In this document: positions 1-14,205 of the stretch, one piece after another
Position numbering within the stretch: the stretch's first letter is position 1
Layout of the letters: each line of letters begins with the position of its first letter
DNA from: Octopus vulgaris
Lineage: Eukaryota
Reading direction: 5' to 3'
DNA length: 64,000 nucleotides
Assembly (NCBI GenBank): GCA_951406725.2
Contig: OX597817.1
Span: 155,930,001-155,994,000 of the forward strand
Position numbers and translations under genes: made by a program
Notes under the pieces: model-generated
What the model saw: the letters and a program-made list of their open reading frames with translations, nothing else
Database searches by the model: none
Told to the model about the DNA's origin: nothing

Positions 1-18
1 GTCGCCGAGAATTAGATT

Positions 19-208
19 TCCTTCACAAATACTTATACTTTTTCCAGCGTCCACAGATAGTGTGTCTATGGCCAGCTGGAGGAGTGTGTCCTCCTGGGGC
101 TAAAAACTACAGTAGCATCCACCCTTAGGGGTTAGCCATATTGAAATGGCAAAAATACGTCACGATGTGTTACCGCTACTGTATATAACTCACTTTGATA
201 TTTATCAT
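19..208 (+). repeat. Unclassified interspersed repeat family F (3' portion)
   Basis: Near-identical to 43513-43653 and, reversed, to 43325-43506; weaker inverted fragments near 5492-5555 and 10160-10220. Confidence 0.8.
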
Positions 209-504
209 TATATATATATATATATATATATATACATAGATATACATACATACATACATACATACATACATACATACATACATACATACAATCATACATA
301 CATACATGTGTGTGTATGTATAAAAGATACGAGGAGCTTTCGTCAGGGTGACTCAAACTAATAGGTATGCGCTGTGAGTGCTCAAATAGGTATGCCACTA
401 AAATTCCGGTTTGAACTGCAACTGAAGGTGTTATTTTATGACTGCCTTATCCAAAGCGGCTAGAAGTGGCTTCTCCTTGAGTCTGTAGGTATTTCTACTT
501 TCAA

Positions 505-650
505 TATGTGACCACGTGTGAATCGTTGGCGGTTTTCTTTCTCGGTTTTCCCTTCTTTGGACTTTTTCTATATTTCTGATGAGCTTCGCTTAAAACGTGA
601 AATCCCCTTTCTTTTCTTTCCTTTCCTGAGCGTCTAATAACACAGTACTG
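505..650 (+). mobile_element. Degenerate Penelope-like pLTR fragment with decayed hammerhead (572-603)
   Basis: Homologous to 50427-50502 and to the reverse of 50015-50170; reads ATTT-CTGATGA-gcttcgct-tAAAA-CG-TG-AAAT, with the GAAA core mutated. Confidence 0.55.
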
Positions 651-652
651 CA

Positions 653-903
653 GGGAGTGGTGGTGAACCCTGCTGTACTCTTTCACCACAACTTCTCACA
701 CCCTTTATTCCTGTTTTTGTTCTACCTGCATTTCAAAGGGCCAGCCCTGTCACACTCTGTGTCACGATGAATCTCCCCGAGAACTACATTAAGGGTACAC
801 GTGTCTGTGGAGCGCTCAACCACTTGCACGTTAATTTCATGAGCAGGCTGTTCCGTTGATCAGATCAACTGGAACCCTCTTCGTCGTAACCGAGGGAGCG
901 CCA
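653..903 (+). mobile_element. SINE family C, 3' half
   Basis: Matches the reverse complement of 40308-40560. Confidence 0.85.
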
Positions 904-906
904 CGA

Positions 907-922
907 TGTGTGTGTGTGTGCA

Positions 923-959
<37 letters not shown>

Positions 960-984
960 TTATATATATGTGTGTATATATTCG

Positions 985-1068
<84 letters not shown>

Positions 1069-1073
1069 CATTA

Positions 1074-1135
<62 letters not shown>

Positions 1136-1137
1136 TA

Positions 1138-1201
<64 letters not shown>

Positions 1202-1270
1202 GTCTGTCTGTCTGTCTATAAGTGTGTGTGTGTGTTTGTGTTTGTGGTGTATGTGTGTATGCATGTATGT
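907..1270. repeat. Compound microsatellite (GT)n(TA)n(ATCT)n
   Basis: Direct inspection. Confidence 0.97.
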
Positions 1271-1887
1271 ATGAATGTTGGAATGGATGGATAGATGGAT
1301 AGATGGAATAATGGAAGAATGTATGCATGCATACATATATATATATGCGTAGCCGTCACTTGTAGATGACTCGTTTATCGTCGCCTCGTTATAACGTTAT
1401 GTGAACCAAATATAGTAAAATTCAAATTAGCGAGAGAGAGAGAGAGAAATGGGAAGGGAGTGGGAGAAAGTGTGAGAGAAGAGAGAGAGAGAGAGAGAGG
1501 AGAGAGAGGCAGACACAGAGAGAGGCAGACATAGAGAGAGGCAGACATACTACACAAAACAGGTTTATAATGAGTAAATATAACCACTACAAAAGATTAT
1601 ACAAGCAGAAGAATGCGTAACAATAAACCTTGGATATTAGCTTATTGTGTCTAGTAATCTTCCTTAAATATATTGTAACACTCATATAGTTCAATGTTTA
1701 AGTTGATGACATTGTTTTTATCAATGTGCTGTAGAATATACTGAAGGAACGTAATTTTTGTTTCTACTATTTAACCTGTCCTAAAGTTGGTTTCGCTTTA
1801 CGTCGTTTCATTTTACGTTGTTTCACTTTACGTCGCCTTTCTCAAAAATGCATGAACAGCGTTAAACGAGGATACTTAAGTACATAT

Positions 1888-1912
1888 TTATGTATGTATG
1901 TATGTATGTATG

Positions 1913-1946
<34 letters not shown>

Positions 1947-2411
1947 TGTATGTATGTATGTATGTATGTGTATGTATGTATGTATGTATGTGTGTATGTA
2001 TGTATGTATGCATGTATGTATGTATGCATGTGTGTGTGTATGTATGTATGTATGTATGTATGCTTGTATGTATGTGTGTGTATGTATGTCTCTCTTTTTC
2101 TCCCTCTAGGTATGTATGCATATGCATATATGCATGTATATGTATGTTATGTATGGTGTGTATATATATATACATATACATATAGTGTGTGAGTATGTAT
2201 ATATGCATGTACATACAAATATTTATATGTATGTATCTATGTATATATATATATATGTGTGTATGTGTGTGTGTGTGTATGAGCGTACGTGTCTGTATCT
2301 GGTTTATGTGTGGCCAGTTACTATGTATGTCCCTACGATATGAACAAGTCCTTATACACGTACGTGCATACATACATACACACGCACACATACATACATA
2401 CATACATACAC

Positions 2412-2457
<46 letters not shown>

Positions 2458-2750
2458 TCATACATACATACATACATGCATACATACATACACATACATA
2501 GATACACATACATAGATACATATATACATACATACATACATACATGCATACATACATACACATACATAGATACATACATAGATACATACATACACATACA
2601 TAGATACATACATAGATACATAGATACTTACATACATATGTAGATATATACTTACATCATACAGACATAAACACATGTATCATGCATACATACCTATATC
2701 CTTACATACAAACATACACATCATACATACATACGTACTTACATACATAC
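1888..2750. repeat. Compound (TATG)n/(CATA)n/(GATA)n microsatellite block
   Basis: Direct inspection. Confidence 0.95.
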
Positions 2751-3242
2751 ATTTTCATTTTGTCTGTTCGTCTTCTCTAGCAGCAGTTCCAGCCCGCTAC
2801 TGGTGCACATTACCTAGCACACGTTCTGCCAGCCTGACTGCTTGTCTGCATAACTGCCTGCCTGTCTGCCTGTCTGCCTGCTTGTCTATCTGCCCTTTCG
2901 TCTGTCTGTCTATCCTTCTATCTGTTTGTCTATGTATCTCTTTCTTTCTTTCTTTGATTCATTCTCTCCCCCCCTCTCTCTCTCACACACACACCCAAAA
3001 CTATGCACACTATTAATGCAACAGGCGATTTACGTGAGTGTATGCGTTTGCGTTGTTGGCCTCAATGTACGCACAATAGACGCTTACCAGGTCACGTGAT
3101 ATACACCGCCATTTATAGTAAATACTTTTACACACAATACCTGCAGTATCACTGTTACGTATCTTTAATAATACATGTTTCATATAAATGTTTGTTTAGT
3201 TCTGAATGTTTACATGTATGCGTTTGTGATTGTTTGTTTGTT

Positions 3243-3278
<36 letters not shown>

Positions 3279-3498
3279 TTTTGTATGACTGCGTATTGAA
3301 AAGCATACACAACCGAATAGTTGTGAAATTTAGCTTCGCAGTCATATATATATATATATATATATTAACAATTGAGGATAAAATCTTTAAAATAAATTAT
3401 CAGTAGTCAGCGTGAAAAACCTCGTAAGAGAAAAAATCCGTAAATTCTTCCTCTTTGAAAATATTCATTTATATTATATTGAGGGTACCCTCAATATA

Positions 3499-3504
<6 letters not shown>

Positions 3505-3576
<72 letters not shown>

Positions 3577-3581
3577 AATAT

Positions 3582-3652
<71 letters not shown>

Positions 3653-3703
3653 TGATGATGATGATGATGATAATAATAATAATAATAATAATAATATATA
3701 TAT

Positions 3704-3798
<95 letters not shown>

Positions 3799-3823
3799 AA
3801 TAATAATAATAATAATAATAATG

Positions 3824-3877
<54 letters not shown>
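3505..3877. repeat. (TA)n, (AAT)n and (GAT)n microsatellites
   Basis: Direct inspection; source of the poly-D, poly-N, poly-I and poly-M ORFs. Confidence 0.97.
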
Positions 3878-4148
3878 TTAGGGAGTATATCCAAACTTAC
3901 AGGGAAAAATTAGATTTAAGATTAAATCAAATTTCACAGTATAAATATAAATTAAATTGCATATAAAACCACTATTAGGCAACTCAATCACTGTTTGAGT
4001 TGCCTAATAGTGGTTGATGAGGGATCAGTTTCTGACTGAAAAATGAAGGCTTTGAATGACCCGTTTGTTTTTTTGTTCGTCCCTTCGTGTATTTCACGTT
4101 ATTTATTTATGTAAAGGTTTATTATATATATATATATATATATATATA

Positions 4149-4353
4149 TCTTTTACTCTTTTACTTGTTTCAGTCATTTGACTGCGGCCATGCTGGAGCA
4201 CCGCCTTTAGTCGAGGAAATCGACCCCAGGACTTATTCTTTGAAAGTCTAGTACTAATTCTATCGGTCTGTTTTGCCGAACCGCTAAGTTACGGTAACAT
4301 AAACACACCAGCATCGGTTGTCAAGCGATGCTGGAGGAACAAACACAGACACA

Positions 4354-4428
<75 letters not shown>

Positions 4429-4588
4429 TCGACGGGCTTCTTTCAGCTTCCGTCTAATAAATCCACTCACAAGGCTTTGGTCGGCCCGAGGCTATAGTAG
4501 AAGACACTTGCCCAAGGTGCCACGCAGTGGGACTGAACCCGGAACCATGTGGTTGGTAAGCAAGCTACTTACCACACAGCCACTCCTG
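4149..4588 (-). mobile_element. tRNA-derived SINE family A with internal (CA)n/(TA)n linker
   Basis: Minus-strand head with A box TGGCTGTGTGG and B box GGTTCAGTCCC; many near-identical copies in the window. Confidence 0.9.
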
Positions 4589-4652
<64 letters not shown>

Positions 4653-4859
4653 CATTGCGTGAGACATTGACGGAAAGTCCAGACATTTTAGTTCCTTGTT
4701 AATGACATTAGGTAGATTAAAACTGGGATACCGATAAGGGGAAGGGTCCAACCTTGTCACACATGTATAGAATCACTTTTATTCTATACGAGTATTATTG
4801 GGTTAAGAAAACAAATGCCTAGCGTTCTTATATAGTCTAATATATAGTCTAATATATAG

Positions 4860-5293
4860 TATGTATGTATGTATGTATGTATGTATGTATGTATGTATGT
4901 ATGCATGCATTTATGTGTGCATGTATGTATGTGTGTATATATGTATGTATGTATGTGTGTATGTATGTGTGTACGTATGTGTGTATGTATGTGTGTATGT
5001 ATGTATGTATGTGTGTATGTATGTATGTGTGTATGTATGTATGTATGTATGTATGTATGTATGTATGTATGTATGTATGTATGTATGTATGTGTGTGTAT
5101 GTATCTATGTATGTGTGTACGTATGTATGTATGTGTGTATGTATGTGTGTATGTATGTGTGTATGTATGTGTGTATGCATGTATGTATGTGTGTACGTAT
5201 GTATGTATGTATGTGTGTACGTACGTATGTATGCATGTATGCATGTATGTATGTATGTATGCATGTATGTATGTATGTGTGTGTGAGTGTATG

Positions 5294-5352
<59 letters not shown>

Positions 5353-5365
5353 ATGTAAGCATGCA
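4860..5365. repeat. (TATG)n/(TG)n/(TA)n microsatellite block
   Basis: Direct inspection. Confidence 0.97.
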
Positions 5366-6287
5366 TGCAAGCAGCTGTACCATTCTTATGCTGTTACAAG
5401 GTCCGAAATGTATTATTCTAATAATTTTTATTCTAATAATTGATGTTGCCATCCCAACGTGGTTGTTCCGTACAGAACAATGTTACTACTCATTTTAACC
5501 CCAGGAGGACACCTCCTCCAGTTGGTTAACGACACAATATCTGTGTCCGTTATATTGCAAACAAGGGAGCGAAGAACTCCAATCCAGTAGCGACAGGACC
5601 AGTACAGCGGAACTGGCTTCAGGGTCTTACCCTTCCTCAGTACTGGACACATGTCTGCTAGACATGGCAGTCGTTCGTCCCTTTGCATCTCTTGTAGAGA
5701 TTTTAGAACCAGCTACTTTGCTTATTCTAATAATTATTAGAATAAGATCTGAAAATAAGGTTTAGTTGATTAGCGGAATTTGATCCCAGAATGTAAAGCC
5801 GGTGGAAATACCGCTAAGTATTTTGTCCGGCGCGCGAACGATTCTGCCTGCTCGCCCCTTTAAGTGATCGTAGAATGGCCGGCCATTTCACTGTAGTAAA
5901 GTGTGACTAGGCAGTTCCATTGATCGAACAAATGGATTACTCATAGTCGAAATTAACAAAGGATCCATTTACTCTGTCTATTGATGTATATGTCATTATT
6001 CTGAGCTTGGTTATTTTTCCGTGCGTGTGAATCATCGAGTGCGTGTGTTTTGGTGTGAATCAGCGTATGTGCATGTGTGTATGTGTGTGTGCGCGCGCGT
6101 GTGTGTGTGTGTGTGTGCGTTAGTGAGTGTGTGTGTGTGTGTGTGTATGTGTGTGTATGTATGTGTGTGTGTGTGTGTGTGTGTATGTGTGTGTGTGTGC
6201 AAGCATACATATATTTCTGTCTTAGTCCATTGGTGAATTTGTGTATAGCTTTTTTTCTCCCTCTCTACTCTCTTACTTTCTCTCTCT

Positions 6288-6330
<43 letters not shown>

Positions 6331-6541
6331 AAATTACAATAAACGCAAGTTTATTTCATATGTTCCAACGTACGTTTCACCATTGTGGTTGTTTGGAACT
6401 CTGCATTGTATGTTCCAAGAGCAACTGGATGCTTTATCACAACGGATTATCATTACAACATTGTGTTACAGAGAACGTCTCCTACGTTTGCCCCGCATAT
6501 CATAGCCAGTAGTAGTACTTCACGGTAGCTTAACCACTATT

Positions 6542-6846
6542 TTTGTTTGTTCCTTCTCGAGCCACGCCTGGCTCATAAGGGCCGGTTTCCCGGTTTCCTT
6601 GGCGTATAGGTTCCCCACTTGAACGGGACGCCGGTCCGTCGCAGGTGAGCTGCAAGATACAGGAGGAAAGAGTGAGAGAAAATTGTGGTGAACGAGTCAG
6701 CAGAAGTTCGCCATTACCTTCTGCCGGAGCTGCGTGGAGCTTAGGTGTTTCGCTCATAAACAGACACATCGCCCGGTCTGAGATTCGAACTCGCGATCCC
6801 TCCACCGCGTGTCCGCTGCTTTAACCACTAGGCCATGTGCCTCCAC
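6542..6846 (-). mobile_element. SINE family C head with an alternative 3' tail
   Basis: tRNA-like head GGAGGCACATGGCCTAGTGGTT...GTTCGAATC; tail (GGACCGGCGTCCCGTTCAAG...GGAAACCGGGAAACCGGCCC) differs from the 40305 copy and resembles the 29225 copy. Confidence 0.85.
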
Positions 6847-6960
6847 ACAGCTTAACCACTATGCTGGAATCAGACTGGACAATGATAATCTACGTGGGGG
6901 TGTAAACTTAACGGTAGAAGTCATAAACCATTTGTATGCACATGATACACTCTACATACA

Positions 6961-6992
<32 letters not shown>

Positions 6993-7041
6993 GACAGATA
7001 GACACACATACATACGTACATATATGCATGCGTATATATAT

Positions 7042-7077
<36 letters not shown>

Positions 7078-7124
7078 GTGTATATATATATATGTATATA
7101 TATATATGTATATATATATATATG

Positions 7125-7183
<59 letters not shown>

Positions 7184-7474
7184 ACATACATACATATATA
7201 TACATATATATATATATAAATATATATATATCCAAGGGCAAGAGATCGCTACAATATATGAAGCAAACAAACAAACAAAATAGACAGTGAAGCCCCTGGT
7301 GTCCCAAGATGTTACTGAAAGCGTCAATTGTGTCACATTTCTCTGGAAGACAGTACATTTGTGATTAGAAGTTGCCCAGAAAATGTCTTTTAGGTACTAT
7401 CTTCCAATCTGACATGACGTTGACTTTAAAACAATATACAATACGATCCGAAAAATAATAATAATAAAAAAAAG

Positions 7475-7764
7475 ATTTATTTACATTATTTACATTCGAC
7501 AGATATTTGTCCTCATCTTGTTTGTTGTTAACACAACATTTCAGCTGATATACCCTCCAGCCTTCTTCAGGTGTCTTGGGGAAATTTCGAACCCGGGTTC
7601 TCATTCTTAAGATATTTTTCGATGTTATTATTATTATTATCATTATTATTATTGTTACTGTTCAGGTCACTGCTTGGAATCGAATTCGGAATTTTGGGGT
7701 TAGTAGCCCGCGCTCTTAACCACAATGCCATATGCCCTCGCTCTTAATCACTATGCCATATGCC
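7475..7764 (-). mobile_element. Family E: tRNA-like head + (TAA)n linker + hammerhead-bearing tail
   Basis: Head at about 7660-7737 (TGGCATTGTGG...TTCGATTCC on minus); HHR at 7530-7575; homologous to 14842-15329; short duplication of the head 5' end at 7738-7764. Confidence 0.8.
7530..7575 (-). ncRNA. Minimal type I hammerhead ribozyme motif
   Basis: Minus strand: ACAC CTGAAGA A GGCTG gagggtatat CAGCT GAAA TG TT GTGT; stem I ACAC/GTGT, stem II GGCTG/CAGCT; the stem III C is mutated to T. Confidence 0.65.
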
Positions 7765-7960
7765 TAGTGCAAACGTAAAAGACTGGGTCTCGTTGTTTGA
7801 GGCAGACAAGAGAAAGTATGTACATTAAAGAGGACAGGAATGCTACTAATGTAGGTACTTCTTTGTAAAATCAAAGAGAAACAGAATAACTATGGACAAC
7901 TGTTTCGAACACTTCAGCCTCGAAACCCAGATTATAAATTCACAATTTTTTTTTTTTTTG

Positions 7961-8298
7961 ACCCCCTTCGGTCAGACACTGACCATGGGTTTGCACCTAG
8001 AGAGTTACCCTCTCTGAGGCACAAGTCTGGGCAAGGTTGTTTTATGGAAGACCAGCAGTCGCCCATGCATACCGGTCTCCCTCTCCACGTCACCGATGTT
8101 GTCCAAGGGAACGGCAAAGGGGCCGATACAGCTTGGCACCTGTGACGTCGCAACTCATTTCTACAGCTGAGTGAACTGGAGCAACGTGAAATAAAGTGTC
8201 TTGCTCAAGAACATAACACACAGCCCGGTCCGGGATTCGAGCTCATAACCTCACGATCGTAAGCTCGACGCTCTAACCACTGAGCCACGCGCCTTCAC
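7961..8298 (-). mobile_element. CORE-type tRNA SINE family D
   Basis: Head GGCGCGTGGCTCAGTGGTTAGAGC...TCGAATCCCG followed by CORE-like TTCTTGAGCAAGACACTTTATTTCACGTTGCTCCAGTTCACTCAGCTGTAGAAATGAG; other copies at 21680, 37735, 55391. Confidence 0.85.
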
Positions 8299-8614
8299 AA
8301 TTATTCCAATAATAATTGTTGTACTTGGTTTTGTTAGCCAATGTCAATCTAGAAAAGTTAGGGTCTTCAGGAAAAAGATATTAACCAGCTCGCACGCATA
8401 TTACAAATATAATCTGTTTGCGGAACAGTGAAAATATGCAAAACTTTTCTGAATTTCAAAATGTGAGACTGTTTTTGTTATCTACGTTCAGACGATGGAG
8501 CTTTGTATTTTTGTTGAAAACCAGCTTCTTCCTTGCAAGGAAAATTTAAATAATTATGAATTAAAGAGGATATATGCAATTACATATGTATTTTCTCTTT
8601 TATTTATAATTACC

Positions 8615-8721
<107 letters not shown>

Positions 8722-8781
8722 TAAATATATGTGAGTGTATGTGTATGCATGCATATGTATATGTGTGTGTATACGTGAGTG

Positions 8782-8816
<35 letters not shown>

Positions 8817-9000
8817 ATGTATATATAAGAACAAAGAGTTATTATGATGTACAAATAAATGTATAAAGCCATTAGTCATGCCTTTTTCTTATATGTATGT
8901 TTAAGTGTGTGTGTGCGCGCAAGCGAATGTACGTATTTATCATGTGTATGTAGTGCGTATGTGCGTATATATATATGTGTGCGTATATATATATGTGTGC

Positions 9001-9035
<35 letters not shown>

Positions 9036-9045
9036 CATACATACA

Positions 9046-9081
<36 letters not shown>

Positions 9082-9097
9082 TAAATGTATATGATAT

Positions 9098-9139
<42 letters not shown>

Positions 9140-9302
9140 GGACTATATATATATAAATAAATGAATATATATATGTGTGTGTGTGTGTAATTGGAATGTT
9201 TTTGTTTTGAAGTGCCCCGTAATCTCCCACAAGAGTATCAAAACATGTCAGTTCGTGCTTGTGTCTCATTCTCGGGAGTTCTTCGATATCAGGTGTGATA
9301 GT

Positions 9303-9378
<76 letters not shown>

Positions 9379-9921
9379 ATGGTTGTGTGTGTGTGTGTGT
9401 ATGGTGTGAGTGTTTGTGCGTTGTTTCAGACAAAATGTCTGTGACTTTGCTATCTTTATAGTTCAGTTAGCAGTACCGTGATGTGAGAAGACAGAATATC
9501 CTCGAACCAGATGTCGAGCCATTTAAGTAGTGGTGTCAGCCCGATAAATCACATTCCAACGCAGGAAACACACACACGCATTCACCCACGCACACACACA
9601 CACATGCACACACACCTACATACACACTCACCACATATATGCACACCCGCACACATTCACACATTGCCAATAGCGACAACCACTAATAATGCCACCCGAT
9701 ATCTTCACCACCAACTCCAAAACTCCTACACCACCACTGCCGCCGCCGCCGCCACCACCACCACCACCACCACTACCATCACCACAACCACCAACGCCAG
9801 CACAAACACGACCACAACCACCTTGACCACAGACACCACCAGTTCCACCACCACTTAGACTACCACCAATAAAATTTATTGAAAAAAAAAAACCGAAATA
9901 ATTATGCACCAACTTATATAT

Positions 9922-10056
<135 letters not shown>

Positions 10057-10336
10057 TATATATTATATATTATATATTATATATTATATATAAATATATA
10101 AAGTGATGGCTTGTTGCCAACTTCATGTGGCAGTCCCAGGAAAAGGAAGAATGTTAATGTTATTTAGCCACAAGAAACACCGTTTCTAGCTGGCCACGCG
10201 ACTCAAGCGTTCTATGTCCTTATGTTTTCAATATATATATATGTATATATAATTAGAAATAGATAGATATATAGATAGATAAGATAGATAGATAAGATAG
10301 ATAGATAGATAGATAGATAGATAAGATAGATAGACT

Positions 10337-10391
<55 letters not shown>

Positions 10392-10619
10392 GTATGTGCG
10401 TGTGTGCATATATTTGTTTTGTGTTTGTCTCCCATCACCGCTTGACAATCGGTGTTGGTTAGTTTACATTCTATTAATTTGGCGGTTCGACATGATAAGC
10501 ACTTACAAATAAGTACTGGGGCATTTGTTCGACTGAACCCTTGTGAGAGCTGCCCCAGTATGGCCACAGTCCAATGACGTAAACTAGGAAATGATAAAAG
10601 ATTATCAGCTTAGTGTTTG

Positions 10620-11262
10620 AAAGCAGCGAACTGACAGAATTGTTTGCATGCCGGACAAAAAGCTTAATCACATTTCGTCCGTCTTTACCTTCCGCGTCCA
10701 AATTCCGCCGAGGTCGACTTTACTCTTCATCCTTTCGGGATCGCTGAAATAAGTACCTATTTCTTTACTACTCACAAGGGGCTAAACACAGAAGGGACAA
10801 ACAAGGTCAGATAAACGGATTAAGTCGATTACATCGACCCCAGTGCGTAACTGGTACTTATTTAATCGACCCCGAAAGGATGAAAGGCAAAGTTGACCTC
10901 AGCAGAATTTGAACCTAGAACGTAACGGCAGACGAAATACATATTTCTTTACTACCCACAAGGGGCTAAACACAGAGGGGACAAACAAGGACAGACAAAC
11001 GGATTAAGCCGATTACATCGATCCAGTGCGTAACTGGTACTTATTTAATCGACCCCGAAAGGATGAAAGGCAAAGTTGACCTTGGCGGAATTTGAACTCA
11101 GAACGTAACGGCAGACGAAATACGGCTACGCATTTCGCCCGGCGTGCTAACGTTTCTGCCAGCTCGTCGCTGAAATAAAAACCTGTCGAGCACTGCGGCC
11201 AATGCAGTCGACTACCCACTTCCCCCGAAATTTCAAGCCGTGTGCCCTATAGTAGAAAAGAT
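10620..11262. mobile_element. SINE family B: minus-strand dimer (10758-11170) nested in a plus-strand copy
   Basis: Conserved domain GGTCGACTTTGCCTTTCATCCTTTCGGGGTCGAT...AAGTACCAG (Meta/MESC-like from memory); TCGCTGAAATAA repeated at 10741 and 11167. Confidence 0.85.
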
Positions 11263-11499
11263 ATAATCGACTAACCCACTCCCTTAAAATTACTGGTCTT
11301 CTGCCAAGATGTGACAAATATTAATGTGGTGTCTGGGATATAAATTAGCATGAAATTCAGTTTGCTGGTTATAATTAAGAGCTTCTTGGAGTTGAAAGTT
11401 TGTATTATAAAACCTGGGGCTTTTTCAGGCAGTTTGGTATCAGAAGGGTTCCTCATTGCTTAACTATCTTACAGTTAGGAATGGATCCTTCCAGCATAA

Positions 11500-11557
<58 letters not shown>

Positions 11558-11994
11558 GTTGGAAGCTCTTGGCTCCTTCCTAGTGAATGTTGCAGCCCCA
11601 GTTTCTTTTATACTTGTAGGGTTTATTTTTAACTTCACAGAATTATCTGGGAATATGTAACAGAGATAAGATAAAATAAATTTGATTTATCGTTTTTAAA
11701 GTGAAAATTTCTCAGCAACATCAACTTCCGCTTTTGCGAAAGAAAATGTACGTAAGATTAAAAAGAAAAAAACCTGTGATATGAATATGGAAACTTTCCC
11801 AAAAACATAATGATGATGGTGATAATAACAATAATAATACTAATAATAAAAAAAGTGTAATAACATCCGTGTTTGGGTGGAGATCCAGTAGTTATATATG
11901 GTTTCCGTATTTTTTAGTATACATTATTCTATCTTAAGATAACATATTTTCTTTTAAAGTTAACGAATGCATGTAATATTCGTAATATAACATG

Positions 11995-13280
11995 TAAGGG
12001 GAAGTTAGAAATTATCCGTACACTCGGTTTGGCCTTGATCGCTCCGGTTTTCTCTCTTGTGTTACAGAGTAAACATGGCCGCTCCACTGGAAGTGTGCAC
12101 CAAGGAAGAACAGAGATGAGTGATCTGAGTTCTCTAGTCTGAAGGCATATCATTCATTGCAGGCTTTCAGTACGATGCGGAGACAGCGTTCTACTGAGTA
12201 GAAGTGGGTATGGCTGGAGCGAGAAGTTGAAAACGGCCAGACGAGCGTGAAGCAAGAAAAAGGAAGCAGGACGCTTAATCAACCGCCACCACATCTTCTT
12301 TTCCTTGTTTCAGTCATTTGACTGCGGCCATGCTGGAGCACCACCTTTAGTCGAACAAATCGACGACCCCAGGACTTATTCTTTGTAAGCGTAGTACTTA
12401 TTTTATCGGTCTGTTTTGTCGAATCGTTAAGTTAAAGGGACGTAAACACACCAACATTGGTTGTCAAGCGATGGTGGGGCGGATGGACAAATACAGACAC
12501 ACAAATACATACATGCATACATACATACATACATACATACATACATACATACATACACGCGCGCGCGCGCGCACACACACATATATATCTATGATGGGCT
12601 TCTTTCAGTTTCCATCTACTAAATCCACTTACAAAGCTTTGGTCGGCCCGAGGCTATAGTAGAAAACACTTGCTCAAGATGCCACACAGTGGGACTGAAC
12701 CCGGAACCATGTGGTTGGGAAGCAAAAGTCTTACCACATAAAGATTCAACAATCTCCAGAGATGGTTCTGGCGATCTGACGATTGATCATCGATGAGGTC
12801 GCATGTTCCCTACAAATTAGGTCATGGGTCTGCATCCACGGCAATCTTTGTTTCCGTAAATTCTGTGCGAGATGAGTGCCAAGAGAGCTTACTGAAACGC
12901 ATAAGCGTAAATGTGTGGAGATCTGTCAACGCTTACTCGACGATGAAGCCGAAACTTTTTGCTCAGATTAGTCACAGGAGATGAGATTTGGGTCCATCAC
13001 TTTGAGCAAGAATCCAAATGGCAGAGTATGGACTGGAGACACTTGGAATCGCCAGCGAAAAATAAATTCAAAACACGAACTTTCCGAAGAAAAGGTGAGG
13101 CTAACCGTTTGGCGGGATGCAATAGGTCCTATACTGGAACATTACTTGGAAAAGGAGTCTACAGTCACCAATGTAGTCTACAGTAAAATGCTGGCCAACA
13201 AACTGAAATCAACAATTCGCATCAAACGCCGAGGTTATCAAGTGCTATTGTTGCACAGCAATGCACGTCCACAAGAAAAA
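11995..13280 (+). mobile_element. Degenerate mariner transposon interrupted by SINE A
   Basis: N-terminal MAAPLEVCTKEEQR from about 12075; RLVTGDEIWVHHF...SMDWRH and LLLHSNARP motifs in ORFs 12959-13310; many stops and frameshifts. Confidence 0.85.
12295..12740 (-). mobile_element. SINE family A
   Basis: Homology to 4149-4588. Confidence 0.88.
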
Positions 13281-13799
13281 TGTTTTGAGATATTTGTATC
13301 GGCTCTTTAATTCTCAGTTCAAATCCCGCCGAGGTTATCGCATGTTTAAGTGGTTGGAAAGCATAGTGAAATACGTCGTGTCTTGGGTATTTTAAGCCTG
13401 GCAAAGACAATCTCTCTCCAAGTATAAACACAACCGATTTCTTTTAGAGTGAAAGAAAGATGAACTACCTCCAGTCCTGCACTAAAAACTTTATTTCAGC
13501 AACCCAGATGAAAAGCAAAGTTGACCTGACAGAATTTGAACTTAGAGCGCAGATATACAACAAAGCATTCTATCCGACTTACTAAAAACTCTGCTAATTC
13601 GCAGCGTTTGTGGAGCCCCAATATGGTTGCTTAACCTGCTTGGAAATAACAGCCAAACCTCATTTTAAGGTCTTAAAAAAATAAATGCACATTCACTTAT
13701 ATAGACCTAGATAAATATAAAAAGACAACGTGGTCGTGGCTGGAATGCTTTTGGACATAGAATTATTTCGATCTTGAGATGATTTGGTGATGAACAGTA

Positions 13800-14205
13800 A
13801 TTCTTTCTAATTTTGGTTAGTCAATTACACCGAAACTAGTGCTCAGCTGTATTTTATCGATCTCGAAAGAATGAAAGGCAAAGTCAGCTTCGATGGAATT
13901 TGAATTCAGAACGTACAGAGCCGGAAGAAGTACTACTAAGTATTTTTGCCCGGCGGGTTAACGATTCTGCCAGCTCGTCGCCTTCTGGTGACAAACAATA
14001 ATCTTTTCTACTATAGGCACAATTCCTGAAATTTTGGGGAAGGAGGATAGTTGATTACATCGACCTCAGTACTTGACTGGTACTTATTTTACCGACTCCG
14101 AAAGGATGGAAGGCAAAGTCAACCCTCGGCAGAATTTGAACTCAGAAAATAAGGACGGACGAAATGCCGCTAAGAATTTTGCCCATCGTGCTCACGATTC
14201 TGGTA
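13800..14205 (-). mobile_element. Two diverged SINE B copies
   Basis: GATGAAAGGCAAAGTC...GAATTTGAACTCAGAA-like core present twice. Confidence 0.75.

Noticed and set aside
330-355. CTGACGA on the minus strand
   Set aside because: Truncated; no GAAA box downstream
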